Positions 1 to 8,404 are shown, counted from the first letter of the stretch. The stretch is 13,396 bases of DNA from Calditrichia bacterium (GCA_037381445.1 JARRQT010000072.1:1-13396), one strand, 5' to 3'. Notes: generated by a model from the letters alone, not told the origin. Made by a program: numbers and translations.

Positions 1-303
1 TTCCATATTTTGGGCGTCCTCGATCACCCCGCCGCCGCAATCGATCACGGCTCCCAGGACATCCGTCACTTCCTCAATCGCTGTTCTCTCAATGTCTCTG
101 AATTTGTCCCAGCCGTTCTGTTCAACAAAATCCCGGATTATCATTCCCGTTCTTTGCTCAATCATTTCGTCTGTAGAAATATATTTCAGCCCCAATCGTT
201 CAGCCAATCTTTTACCGATGGCGGTTTTTCCTGTTCCGCGAAACCCAATCAGGATTACCTGCCCGGCGGCATGCGGGTTACTTTTTTTATTGATTCCGGG
301 CAT
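1..303 (-). CDS. aroK: Shikimate kinase (AroK/AroL family), 3' end runs off the window
   Basis: Not in the ORF track. Translated by hand from ATG at 303: MPGINKKSNPHAAGQVILIGFRGTGKTAIGKRLAERLGLKYISTDEMIEQRTGMIIRDFVEQNGWDKFRDIERTAIEEVTDVLGAVIDCGGGVIEDAQNME. Shows the P-loop GFRGTGKT, the 'D..IE' motif, 'GW..FR..E' and 'GGG'. It starts 7 bp after the aroD-aroE stop, with GGGGAG upstream. Confidence 0.93.
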   Translation of the reverse strand, partial: MPGINKKSNPHAAGQVILIGFRGTGKTAIGKRLAERLGLKYISTDEMIEQRTGMIIRDFVEQNGWDKFRDIERTAIEEVTDVLGAVIDCGGGVIEDAQNME

Positions 304-310
304 GCTGTAT

Positions 311-1831
311 TCACTCCCCGTATTTGCGTATCTTTTGCCAGGCAGTTCGGACTTCCTCCACGGAAACCGGCAGTCCGCTGAACAGTTCAAACTGCTTTGC
401 CGCCTGCCTGATAAACATCTCCTCACCCGGGATGACGGTGCAGTCCATCTTTTGCGCCTTTTCCAGAAAGCGGGTCAGCGGCGGATTGTACACCACGTCC
501 AGCGCCACCATTCCTTCCCTCAGCAGTTCCGTTCCCGCAGGCAGCGCCGCAGAATTGGGATACATGCCCACCGGTGTGGTTTGAATGACGGCACCGACCT
601 CGATTTTTAACTGGTCAACTTCGTGTGATGGAATAAATGTGGCCTTATATTTTCCGGCAAGAAAATTTCCCCTGCAGGCATTCCGTCCGGTGACATAAAT
701 ATTCTTGATATTTTGCTGCCGCAGGGCGGCGATCGAACTTCTTGCGGTGGCGCCGGTGCCGATTACCAGCACGCCGCCGGCGAGTTTTTCCCGATATGGT
801 TGGAGCAGGTCCTGAATGGCGAGAAGGTCAGTATTGAAGCCCCACCAGTGTTTCCCGTGTTTGACGGCGGTATTACACACACCGGATGCTTCCACAGAAG
901 GAGAGATTCCGGAGAGATACGGTATTACTTTTTCTTTATGGGGAATCGTGATGCTGAGCCCATGAATTTTATCTTGCCAGTTCTTCCAGAAACCATCGAA
1001 ATCCTGTGCAGGGAAATTCAGGTAGAGAAAATCTTTGCCCGGCTTTTCTTCATTGAGGTCACTCTGACGGGAACCGGCAATGAGTAAATTGTGAAGCAGC
1101 CATCCGCGGCTCTGTGCCACCGGATAACCGAGTAAACCGATCAAGCCCGTCTCCGATGTTTTCTGGTCCAGGTGATAGCCGCTCCGGGCATCCTGCAGAG
1201 TGATTTGTCCCGGGGCGGTTTCTCCTGTATTGTCCAGAGAAGTATAAGTCCAGGCATTTCCCAAAAGCGCGCCGAGGAGACGCGAATTCCTGCCCGCCTC
1301 CCCCATGGCATGAAAAATGAATTTGGCACCTTTTTTCCGGGCAAACTCAACCAACGGATGCAACATCAGGTTATCATTCAGTCCGCGAGCGGTGTAAATT
1401 AATTTATAGACATCCGCCGGTGTATTGAACATCTCCCTGAGAACCGGCAGCAGATCATCAACATCGGAAGATTTTGTATGGAATGAAAGTATGAGTTTTG
1501 TATCTCCCGTGAGACGAAGACGGGGCAAAATATCAGAAATGTGCGCATATTCCACATCAATAAAATCAATTCCGTGATCAATGGCCTCCTGAAAAAGGCC
1601 GGAGCGTTCTTCGTCCGAACCTTGCCAGAATCCGCCCTCATCGGGAACCCGCAGCGTGACGATCAGGGGCCGGTCGGTCAGCGCCCTAATGTCACCAAAA
1701 TTGATTTGGAAAAAATGATCGAGGCGTAGCTCAATAAGGTCGGCATCTTTGCAGCGGGGAATTAGTTCGTGCACTTCCGAAAGGCTCCTCGGCAAAAGAC
1801 TCACGCACAGTTTAAGCGGTTTCAAGGGCAC
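311..1831 (-). CDS. aroE: Bifunctional type I 3-dehydroquinate dehydratase / shikimate dehydrogenase (AroD-AroE fusion)
   Basis: N-terminal ~220 aa carry type I DHQase motifs: ELRLD, TLRVPDEGG, DFIDVE, ILSFH, the Schiff-base K in YKL, AMGEAGRNSR and TAPGQ. The C-terminal part carries SDH motifs: SITIPHKE, CNT, NTD, Rossmann GTGATA, TTPVGM, DVVYNP and GEEMFIRQA..QF. The GTG start overlaps the aroB end by 20 bp. Confidence 0.93.
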   Translation of the reverse strand: MPLKPLKLCVSLLPRSLSEVHELIPRCKDADLIELRLDHFFQINFGDIRALTDRPLIVTLRVPDEGGFWQGSDEERSGLFQEAIDHGIDFIDVEYAHISDILPRLRLTGDTKLILSFHTKSSDVDDLLPVLREMFNTPADVYKLIYTARGLNDNLMLHPLVEFARKKGAKFIFHAMGEAGRNSRLLGALLGNAWTYTSLDNTGETAPGQITLQDARSGYHLDQKTSETGLIGLLGYPVAQSRGWLLHNLLIAGSRQSDLNEEKPGKDFLYLNFPAQDFDGFWKNWQDKIHGLSITIPHKEKVIPYLSGISPSVEASGVCNTAVKHGKHWWGFNTDLLAIQDLLQPYREKLAGGVLVIGTGATARSSIAALRQQNIKNIYVTGRNACRGNFLAGKYKATFIPSHEVDQLKIEVGAVIQTTPVGMYPNSAALPAGTELLREGMVALDVVYNPPLTRFLEKAQKMDCTVIPGEEMFIRQAAKQFELFSGLPVSVEEVRTAWQKIRKYGE

Positions 1832-2897
1832 GAAAGAGTTCCTTTTTTGTGACAGGGTGAAACAAGGCCGGTTTACCCGATTTGTCCAGCAGCGTAAACC
1901 GGGGCACTTGTCCGCGGGATTTTTTATCGGTCAGGATAATTTCCCAAATTTCATCGCCCGAAAATTTGCGGATACTCACCGTATCCAATTTGCAGCTTCT
2001 CAGGATTTCATTCATCCGCTGCACATCGCCCGGGGGAAAATCGAGCAATTGCTGCGACAGGCTGGCCGCTACTTTCATCCCTGCAGCGACCGCAAAACCA
2101 TGTTTTATTTTAAAATGACTCAGTTTTTCAATCGCGTGACCCACGGTGTGGCCAAAATTCAATAAAGAGCGGTAGTCAGATTCTCTTTCATCCTTTTCCA
2201 CAACCTCAATTTTAAGCCGGATACAGTGGTCAATCAGGCCGGCAAGCAGCGGAGAATTATCCTCCCTGATTTTTTCATATCCCTCTTCCAGCCAATCCAA
2301 TATTTTGCCATCCAGGATCATCCCGTATTTAACGACCTCCGCCAGTCCGTTGCGGAATTCCTCCTCGGGAAGGGTATGAAGAAAGCGGGAATTCGTAAAC
2401 ACCGCCGCCGGCTGATAAAAAGCGCCGATCAGATTTTTTCCCGCCGGATGGTTGATCCCCACTTTGCCTCCAATGCTGGAATCCACCTGGGCAAGCAGAC
2501 TGGTTGGCACATGAATCACCGGCACGCCGCGATGCAGCGTGGCGGCAAGGAAACCAACCAAATCCCCGGTAACGCCTCCGCCCAGGCCGATCAGTATCGA
2601 GTCGCGGCCCGCTTTCTTATCTAAGAGCAAATCTTCCAGATCGAATTTCTGGCCCCGGGATTTACTCCCCTCGCCCGCCGGGAATGTCAGCGTCCCCTGG
2701 TAAGGAGGAAAACCCGACAAATTGGAATCAACTTCGGAACCATAAATCTCTGCCACGTTTGAATCACTGAGCACATAAATCCGATAGCCGGGGAAATTTT
2801 GCTCTATAAAAACCTTGAGCTCCTTCCAGATATTTTCCCCGATGACAATTGGTATGCGTTTTGGATGGGAATTAACGCGCAGGTATCTCGTTGGCAT
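1812..2897 (-). CDS. aroB: 3-dehydroquinate synthase
   Basis: Motifs GEGSKS, GGGVTGDLVGF, PTSLLAQVDSSIGGKVGIN, KNLIGAFYQP, EVVKYG, LNFGHTVGHAIE, HGFAVA and DKK. The start was moved from 3032 to the ATG at 2897 (361 aa), because the track's extension lies deep inside aroF. This leaves a 26-bp overlap with aroF. Confidence 0.95.
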   Translation of the reverse strand: MPTRYLRVNSHPKRIPIVIGENIWKELKVFIEQNFPGYRIYVLSDSNVAEIYGSEVDSNLSGFPPYQGTLTFPAGEGSKSRGQKFDLEDLLLDKKAGRDSILIGLGGGVTGDLVGFLAATLHRGVPVIHVPTSLLAQVDSSIGGKVGINHPAGKNLIGAFYQPAAVFTNSRFLHTLPEEEFRNGLAEVVKYGMILDGKILDWLEEGYEKIREDNSPLLAGLIDHCIRLKIEVVEKDERESDYRSLLNFGHTVGHAIEKLSHFKIKHGFAVAAGMKVAASLSQQLLDFPPGDVQRMNEILRSCKLDTVSIRKFSGDEIWEIILTDKKSRGQVPRFTLLDKSGKPALFHPVTKKELFRALETA

Positions 2898-3903
2898 ATT
2901 GTTGTTGCCATTCCATAAAGTGGTTAATTTTCCGCATGAGCCGCGTAAACATTTCCGGCGAGAGCGCCTGCTCGGGATCGGACCAGGATTTATCCGGATG
3001 AGGATGCACTTCAATAATAAGTCCATCGGCACCGGCAGCCAGGGCAGCCAGACTCATGGGTTCAATCAGATCTCTCCGCCCCGTTCCATGGCTCGGATCC
3101 ACAATAATCGGCAGATGGGAAACCTGTTTCACGGCAGGCACTACATTGAGGTCCAGCGTGTTCCGGGAATATTCCACAAAGGTCCGAATTCCGCGCTCGC
3201 ACAAGACAATCCGGTCATTGCCTTCCGTCATGATGTGTTCGGCGCTCATCAAAAATTCATTCAGATTGGCGGACATACCCCGCTTCAGCAAGACCGGCTT
3301 TTTATGTTTTCCCACTGCTTTGAGGAGCTTATAATTTTGCATGTTCCGGGAACCGATCTGGAACATGTCGGCATATTCAGCCACTAGATCGACATCAATG
3401 GCATCCAGTACTTCGGTGACGATCCTTACGCCGGTTTCTTCGCGCGCCTTGGCGAGGAGTTTCAACCCCTCTTCACCCAGTCCTTCAAAACTGTAGGGGC
3501 TGGTTCGCGGCTTAAACGCCCCGCCCCGCATCAAACGGATCCCGCGGGCATGGACCAGACGGGCGGTTTCCAGAATCTGGCTTTCATTCTCAACCGCGCA
3601 TGGTCCTGCGATGATCACCGGCTTTCCGGTACCGAAAATTACATCTCCCACCGTGACAACAGAATTCTCTTTTTTGAATTCCCTGCTCACCAGAAAATAA
3701 GGATTATCGGACTCCGAGACCGCCTCTACTGCAGGAATATTCTTAATTATCATTTTGTCCAATCGATTTCCGTTTTCATTGATGATCATTGCTGAAGAAC
3801 CGCGCGTTCGTGAGATTTCAACACCGACGCCCATTCGTTTTATGGCAGCCAGGACCTTTTCTGCTTCAACTTCCGAAATATCTTTTCTTAATCTCACCAG
3901 CAT
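2872..3903 (-). CDS. aroF: DAHP synthase, type I-beta with N-terminal ACT-like regulatory domain (Thermotoga AroF type)
   Basis: Motifs [49 protein letters not shown] and EVHP. A ~70-aa N-terminal extension precedes the catalytic barrel. GGAGG/AGGA RBS lies upstream of the ATG. Confidence 0.95.
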   Translation of the reverse strand: MLVRLRKDISEVEAEKVLAAIKRMGVGVEISRTRGSSAMIINENGNRLDKMIIKNIPAVEAVSESDNPYFLVSREFKKENSVVTVGDVIFGTGKPVIIAGPCAVENESQILETARLVHARGIRLMRGGAFKPRTSPYSFEGLGEEGLKLLAKAREETGVRIVTEVLDAIDVDLVAEYADMFQIGSRNMQNYKLLKAVGKHKKPVLLKRGMSANLNEFLMSAEHIMTEGNDRIVLCERGIRTFVEYSRNTLDLNVVPAVKQVSHLPIIVDPSHGTGRRDLIEPMSLAALAAGADGLIIEVHPHPDKSWSDPEQALSPEMFTRLMRKINHFMEWQQQYANEIPAR

Positions 3904-4045
3904 TTTGAATTTCCTATCCTCCCGGCAACGCGATCATCACAGTGAAACAACAAGAGAAGCTATGATTTAATACTACTAAAGAACCAGAATGTTTTTTCAA
4001 AAAAACAGCATAAGAATATTAAGTATTTTATTTTACTATCATTTA

Positions 4046-4074
4046 AATTTATTAAATAAATATATTCATTTCAA
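4046..4074 (-). promoter_or_regulatory. Candidate sigma70 promoter for the aro operon
   Basis: Minus strand reads TTGAAA-N17-TAAATT (-35 at 4074-4069, -10 at 4051-4046). The region is very AT-rich, so a chance match is possible. Confidence 0.35.
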
Positions 4075-4258
4075 ACATCTTTTTCACCGGATCATTTGTT
4101 CTCCGGTTGCAGATTATGGAGAAGAAAATATTTCTTAATTACATATCCGGAATTTATTTAATTAAATTAATCAAGGTTTAAGTACTTAGTGAATCCCGGC
4201 ATTTCTCAGAAAAAGAAATTGCAGTATAGGCAACGGATTCCCAACTATCTGAAATTTT

Positions 4259-5329
4259 ATGATTGACAAATTCCTGAAAAAATACGGTTTGGTCATTCTT
4301 CTGTTTTGTGTTGCGCAAGCAGCGATCTATCTGGGAAATTTCAATTCCAAAGCCATAAGTCCGCACCTGAATTTTGCGCTCTACTTTCTTTCCTATATCC
4401 TGATTTCCGAGAACCTGAAAAGAACTATCTTAAACCGCACCCTAATCTCCCTTTTCCAATATTTTTATTTCTTTCTGTCCATTCCACTTGGCTTATTTTA
4501 TTTGATTTTACTTCTCAAGAAATCCTGGTACATCCCTTTTTACCAGTACACTGAGATAATAATCAGTTTTTTTCTGCTGCTGATATCCGTTTATCTGGCC
4601 ACCTTCCTTTTCAAAATTAACGGTAATAAGAGCAGATCATTCTTCCGGTTCTCACTTTTCATTTCATTCGTTATCATCATGCTGCTTTATAAAAATTTTC
4701 TGTTCCATCCTTTTTTGCTCGCAAATAAGAACGAACTTCCGGTCTTTTTCGAAATGAACTATCAGGTGAAGTTCCTGGGCATTTTTGGACTTCTGGTATT
4801 CTGGATTGCATACTATCAGAAGAAATTTGTCCTCAGTGAATATCTCAATATTATCCTGTTCTTCTTTACCATCTCCATGTTTCTGGACGCCTTTTTTTAT
4901 GTGATGGGACAGCACGATCTCAAGGTTTTTGTGGAAAGCCAGTATGCCAATCTGTCGGTCAATTTTTTAATGACCGTTACCTGGTGGGTACGATTATCAT
5001 ATCTGAAACTGGATATCGCAAAGGTTAATGAAAATTATCTTGTTAATTATGATTATCTGAAAAACCTGGTTCCCAAACCCAGAGCGGCGAATTCGAACAA
5101 AATCCTGGCGAGTTTTTACAGCAATCCAATTGCGCTCTCCGTTGCAGGGATTTCATTCATTGCAGTCCTCCTGATCTTAATCAGCGAAGTGAGCATGTTC
5201 CTGGTATTAAATACCGTTATTATTCTGATACTGGGAATTATGGCTGTTATGTTAAGCATCATCGGACTTAAGCGGGATTGGAAAAATCAGATCGGATTTT
5301 TTCTGTCCAATAAGCGGAAACCAGAATAA
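4259..5329 (+). CDS. Hypothetical polytopic membrane protein (~10 hydrophobic segments)
   Basis: 356-aa intact ORF with alternating long Phe/Ile/Leu-rich stretches and short Lys-rich loops, plus one polar loop of ~40 aa (about residues 250-290). No family motif recognised. Confidence 0.8.
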   Translation: MIDKFLKKYGLVILLFCVAQAAIYLGNFNSKAISPHLNFALYFLSYILISENLKRTILNRTLISLFQYFYFFLSIPLGLFYLILLLKKSWYIPFYQYTEIIISFFLLLISVYLATFLFKINGNKSRSFFRFSLFISFVIIMLLYKNFLFHPFLLANKNELPVFFEMNYQVKFLGIFGLLVFWIAYYQKKFVLSEYLNIILFFFTISMFLDAFFYVMGQHDLKVFVESQYANLSVNFLMTVTWWVRLSYLKLDIAKVNENYLVNYDYLKNLVPKPRAANSNKILASFYSNPIALSVAGISFIAVLLILISEVSMFLVLNTVIILILGIMAVMLSIIGLKRDWKNQIGFFLSNKRKPE

Positions 5330-5452
5330 TTCCGTTTGAGAGATCTAAATGAGTCCTGACGGTGATAAATCGAAAATCTTGCTTACGGTCCGCCTGTCCG
5401 GTTTCCGCTGGTATCATTTTTTCATTACATTCAAACCTCTGCAGGAAAAGAA

Positions 5453-6115
5453 ATGATGGATAAGATCAAAAATGAAATTATAAAAATCGGCAAAAAACTC
5501 TATGAGAATGGTTTCATTGTCGCCACGGAAGGGAATATCAGCTTTCGCCTGGACGAAAACAGGATATTGATTACCGCCAGCGGGTTAGGCAAGGGGGAGA
5601 TGACTGCTGAAGATCTGGTGGAAGCAGATTTGGATGGCAATCCACTGCAATCGGGGAAGCAGCCGTCAACGGAAATCCGGATGCACACCCGGGTCTACCG
5701 GGAACGCCCCGATGTGAGCGCGGTGGTGCATGCCCATCCGCCCCATGTGGTTAGCCTGTCACTGGCCGGCATCGAACTCGACCAGCCCTATCTGGCGGAG
5801 AGCGCATTACTGCTGGGGTCGGTCCCGACCGCCCCCTATGGACGCCCTTCCACCCAACAGGTCCCGGACAGCATTCTTCCTTTTATCAAAAATACCGATG
5901 TCATTATTCTCAGCCGGCATGGAAGCCTGACGATCGGAAAAAGTCTGACAGAAGCCTATTACAAACTGGAAATTCTGGAGCATACCGCAAAAATTGTGTG
6001 GCTGGCCCGCCAAGCCGGGGAACTTCATCCGTTGAATAAATCAGAAATCAGCGAGCTGATGGCACTCCGTGAGAAGGTTTACGGCCTTACCTATCCCATT
6101 ATTCCCTTTGAATAG
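5453..6115 (+). CDS. Class II aldolase/adducin family protein (FucA/MtnB-like)
   Basis: EGNIS phosphate-binding motif, TASG, PSTE with the catalytic Glu, metal ligands HAH and RHG, and 'LE..A'. AGGA RBS upstream. Substrate cannot be assigned. Confidence 0.9.
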   Translation: MMDKIKNEIIKIGKKLYENGFIVATEGNISFRLDENRILITASGLGKGEMTAEDLVEADLDGNPLQSGKQPSTEIRMHTRVYRERPDVSAVVHAHPPHVVSLSLAGIELDQPYLAESALLLGSVPTAPYGRPSTQQVPDSILPFIKNTDVIILSRHGSLTIGKSLTEAYYKLEILEHTAKIVWLARQAGELHPLNKSEISELMALREKVYGLTYPIIPFE

Positions 6116-6228
6116 CGGAAACGAAGAAATATGCAGTCAAGGGAAAGTATTTTTTAACAAATCATGACCATCCCTGATAATCGATTTATCGAAAGGCATT
6201 CGCTCCCATCTGATTCCAAAAATAGCAA

Positions 6229-6822
6229 TTAGAATCTGATGGTCTTCAGATGCTGGTAGAACCGGCTGATCGGAAATCCTACCACGTTGAAATAACAGCC
6301 GTCAATTTTCTTGATGAAAAGAGAAGCAAATCCCTGAATCCCGTAAGCCCCGGCTTTGTCATACGGCTCACCGGACTGCAGATACAAATCAATCTCCTCA
6401 CGTGACAAAGGATAGAATGTCACGTCAGTGGTCACGTGATCGATAATTTCCTGCTGACCGGCCAAAAGACATATCCCACTGATTACCTGGTGTGTTTTTC
6501 CGCTGAGGTTCTCCAGCATAGTCCTGGCCTCCGTTCGGTCGGCAGGTTTTTCAAAAATCCTCTCATGCAGGCAGACCACCGTATCAGCAGCAATGATTAA
6601 ATCATAATCCGTATGCAGTGAAACCCAATGGGCTTTCTCGGAAGCATTGTGCCGCGCATACTCCCGGTGAGAATATCCCGGAATTATTTTTTCCTCAATC
6701 TGTGAAGGGTAAACCCGAAAATCCAGTCCGACCGAACGCAGCAATTCAATGCGGCGCGGGGATTGTGAGGCGAGAACAATTTTTTTATCGTCCAAATCAC
6801 GCAGCAATGATATGAATTTCAT
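6229..6822 (-). CDS. maf: Maf nucleotide pyrophosphatase, YhdE-like subtype (dTTP/UTP)
   Basis: Motifs LASQSPRR, ADTVV, EKP, LSGKTH and DKAGAYGIQG. The R, T and Q residues match the YhdE subtype. The start was reassigned to the ATG at 6822, 5 bp after the UbiA-like stop (197 aa). Confidence 0.93.
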   Translation of the reverse strand: MKFISLLRDLDDKKIVLASQSPRRIELLRSVGLDFRVYPSQIEEKIIPGYSHREYARHNASEKAHWVSLHTDYDLIIAADTVVCLHERIFEKPADRTEARTMLENLSGKTHQVISGICLLAGQQEIIDHVTTDVTFYPLSREEIDLYLQSGEPYDKAGAYGIQGFASLFIKKIDGCYFNVVGFPISRFYQHLKTIRF

Positions 6823-6827
6823 TCCAT

Positions 6828-7667
6828 TCAACCCAGATAAATAGCCAGCAGTCCGATCAGCATGTCCGCTTTCAGCCAGTTGCTTACCAAACCAAGATTC
6901 TTTGCGCTCTGGTTTTTCCACATGCTGACAATCGCGTAAACCAGAACCGGATAGATTCCCAGCAACACTACCCAGAAGTAGCGATATCCGTAGTAATCGG
7001 CCGCAAATGGGATCACCGTGAGTACAATCAAAAACATGAAATTCAGTGTCGTAAGTCGCAGGGCGGCACTTTTGCCGAATACCAGCGGAAAAGTACGGGC
7101 ACGATAGCGGTCATCACCCTCCATATCCTGGATATCCTTAATGATCTCCCGTCCGAAGTGATAAAAAAAGGCAAAGGCGGCCGGGATGAGCGTGCGTTCA
7201 ATTCGGTTCACAGATACACCGCCGTAGACAAAGGCCATGGCGGTGGAAAAGCTCACTGCCAGATTGCCGACCAGCGGCATCCGCTTCAGCCTGAAAGAAT
7301 AGAGAAATAAAAGCAGTGAAATGGAGGCGGCGATCAGAAAGGCAGTCAGGTTGATGAAGCCGGCCAGCGCAATACCGATAAAGAACTCTGCGATAGCGAA
7401 AAACTTAACGAGCGACGGTTGAATAGTTCCGGCAGGCAAAGGCCGGTTTGGTTTGTTAATACGGTCGATTTCCAGATCAAAATAATCATTTATGGAATTG
7501 GCGCCGGCGGTGATAATGCCGCCGGATATTGCCGCCAGCAGAACCTTGTGCAACGGATGAAATGTTCCGGTAATGAATGCCGCCAGTATGATAGAGAGCA
7601 TCCCGATGACAACATTCACCGGGCGCGACAGCAGATAAATAGAGCGCAGAATTTTCAACTTGGTCAC
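6828..7667 (-). CDS. UbiA-family prenyltransferase, geranylgeranylglycerol-phosphate geranylgeranyltransferase (DGGGP synthase)-like
   Basis: Starts RPVN. First Asp-rich motif INDYFDLEIDRINKPNRPLPAG, then YSFRLKR..LVGN, and second motif GREIIKDIQDMEGD..(T)FP, which is typical of the DGGGPS-like clade. Multiple TM helices. GTG start. Confidence 0.85.
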   Translation of the reverse strand: MTKLKILRSIYLLSRPVNVVIGMLSIILAAFITGTFHPLHKVLLAAISGGIITAGANSINDYFDLEIDRINKPNRPLPAGTIQPSLVKFFAIAEFFIGIALAGFINLTAFLIAASISLLLFLYSFRLKRMPLVGNLAVSFSTAMAFVYGGVSVNRIERTLIPAAFAFFYHFGREIIKDIQDMEGDDRYRARTFPLVFGKSAALRLTTLNFMFLIVLTVIPFAADYYGYRYFWVVLLGIYPVLVYAIVSMWKNQSAKNLGLVSNWLKADMLIGLLAIYLG

Positions 7668-7676
7668 ACCAGTAAA

Positions 7677-8285
7677 TTATGGCATTATTTCCTTGATGAC
7701 TTCCAGTCTGCCTTCGGGGAGCAGCATATATTGTGAGCCGCAATTCCGGCAGGTCCCTTCCACCAATTGCTCGACGCGGGCCGGCAAACTCAGACGCACG
7801 CCGCAGTGGCACATCCAACCGATTTGCCTGGCGGGAACACCCACCATTAGCGCGTAGGGAGGTACATCCTTGTTGATAACCGCGCCGGCGCCAATGAAAC
7901 AAAATTTTCCCAGGGTTATTCCGCATACAATCGTGGCATTGGCCCCGATCGAGGCGCCCCGCCGGATGAAGGTGTCCCGGTATTCATGCTTCCGTATGAT
8001 GTGGCTCCTGGGGTTAACGACATTGGTAAAAACCATTGAAGGACCACAGAACACATCATCTTCTATGAAAACATTGTCATAAATGGAGACATTGTTCTGC
8101 ACTTTCACATTATTCCCGATCGTCACTTTGGATCCAACAAAAACATTTTGTCCGAAAGAGCAGTTGTTTCCGATTTTCGCTCCCTGCATAATGTGGCAAA
8201 AGTGCCAGATTTTAGTGCCATCACCAATTTCAACCGGCTGATCAACAATGCTGGTGGGGTGAATGTAATATTTCTTTTCCGTCAT
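7677..8285 (-). CDS. Hexapeptide-repeat N-acetyltransferase, WbpD/WlbB-like, with C-terminal Cys motif
   Basis: Motifs [55 protein letters not shown] and [14 protein letters not shown]...CRNCG. The start is likely the ATG at 8285 (8294 is an alternative). Confidence 0.88.
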   Translation of the reverse strand: MTEKKYYIHPTSIVDQPVEIGDGTKIWHFCHIMQGAKIGNNCSFGQNVFVGSKVTIGNNVKVQNNVSIYDNVFIEDDVFCGPSMVFTNVVNPRSHIIRKHEYRDTFIRRGASIGANATIVCGITLGKFCFIGAGAVINKDVPPYALMVGVPARQIGWMCHCGVRLSLPARVEQLVEGTCRNCGSQYMLLPEGRLEVIKEIMP

Positions 8286-8404
8286 AGGAGTCATTCTCTG
8301 ATCTTTTAGGCCAAATATACGGAAGTTCCTGTTTAACATCAAATTGAAAAGGAACTAATTGGGTTGCTATTCCGGAAATGGATCATGACCTGTGTTCAAA
8401 GCGC

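Noticed and set aside
2898..3032. N-terminal extension of aroB in the ORF track; similar extensions of maf (6823-6921), the acetyltransferase (8295-8342), ispG (12214-12255) and marR (12375-12437)
   Set aside because: They overlap neighbouring genes or promoter regions and lack family similarity. Downstream ATGs give normal lengths.
10..3970. Plus-strand ORFs antisense to the aro operon (e.g. 10..381, 92..610, 2815..3387)
   Set aside because: They are shadow frames of well-supported minus-strand genes and show no motifs.
4259..5329. Low GC of the membrane protein gene as a sign of horizontal transfer
   Set aside because: Largely explained by its Phe/Ile/Leu/Tyr/Lys/Asn composition. Many codons still end in C/G (TTC, ATC, CTG), and there are no mobility signatures.
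5364..6190. GATAAATCGA at 5364 and its reverse complement at 6181-6190, flanking the aldolase like terminal inverted repeats
   Set aside because: Only 10 identical bp, with no transposase or target-site duplication. The right copy is part of a local palindrome (GATAA-tcgat-TTATC). Likely chance.
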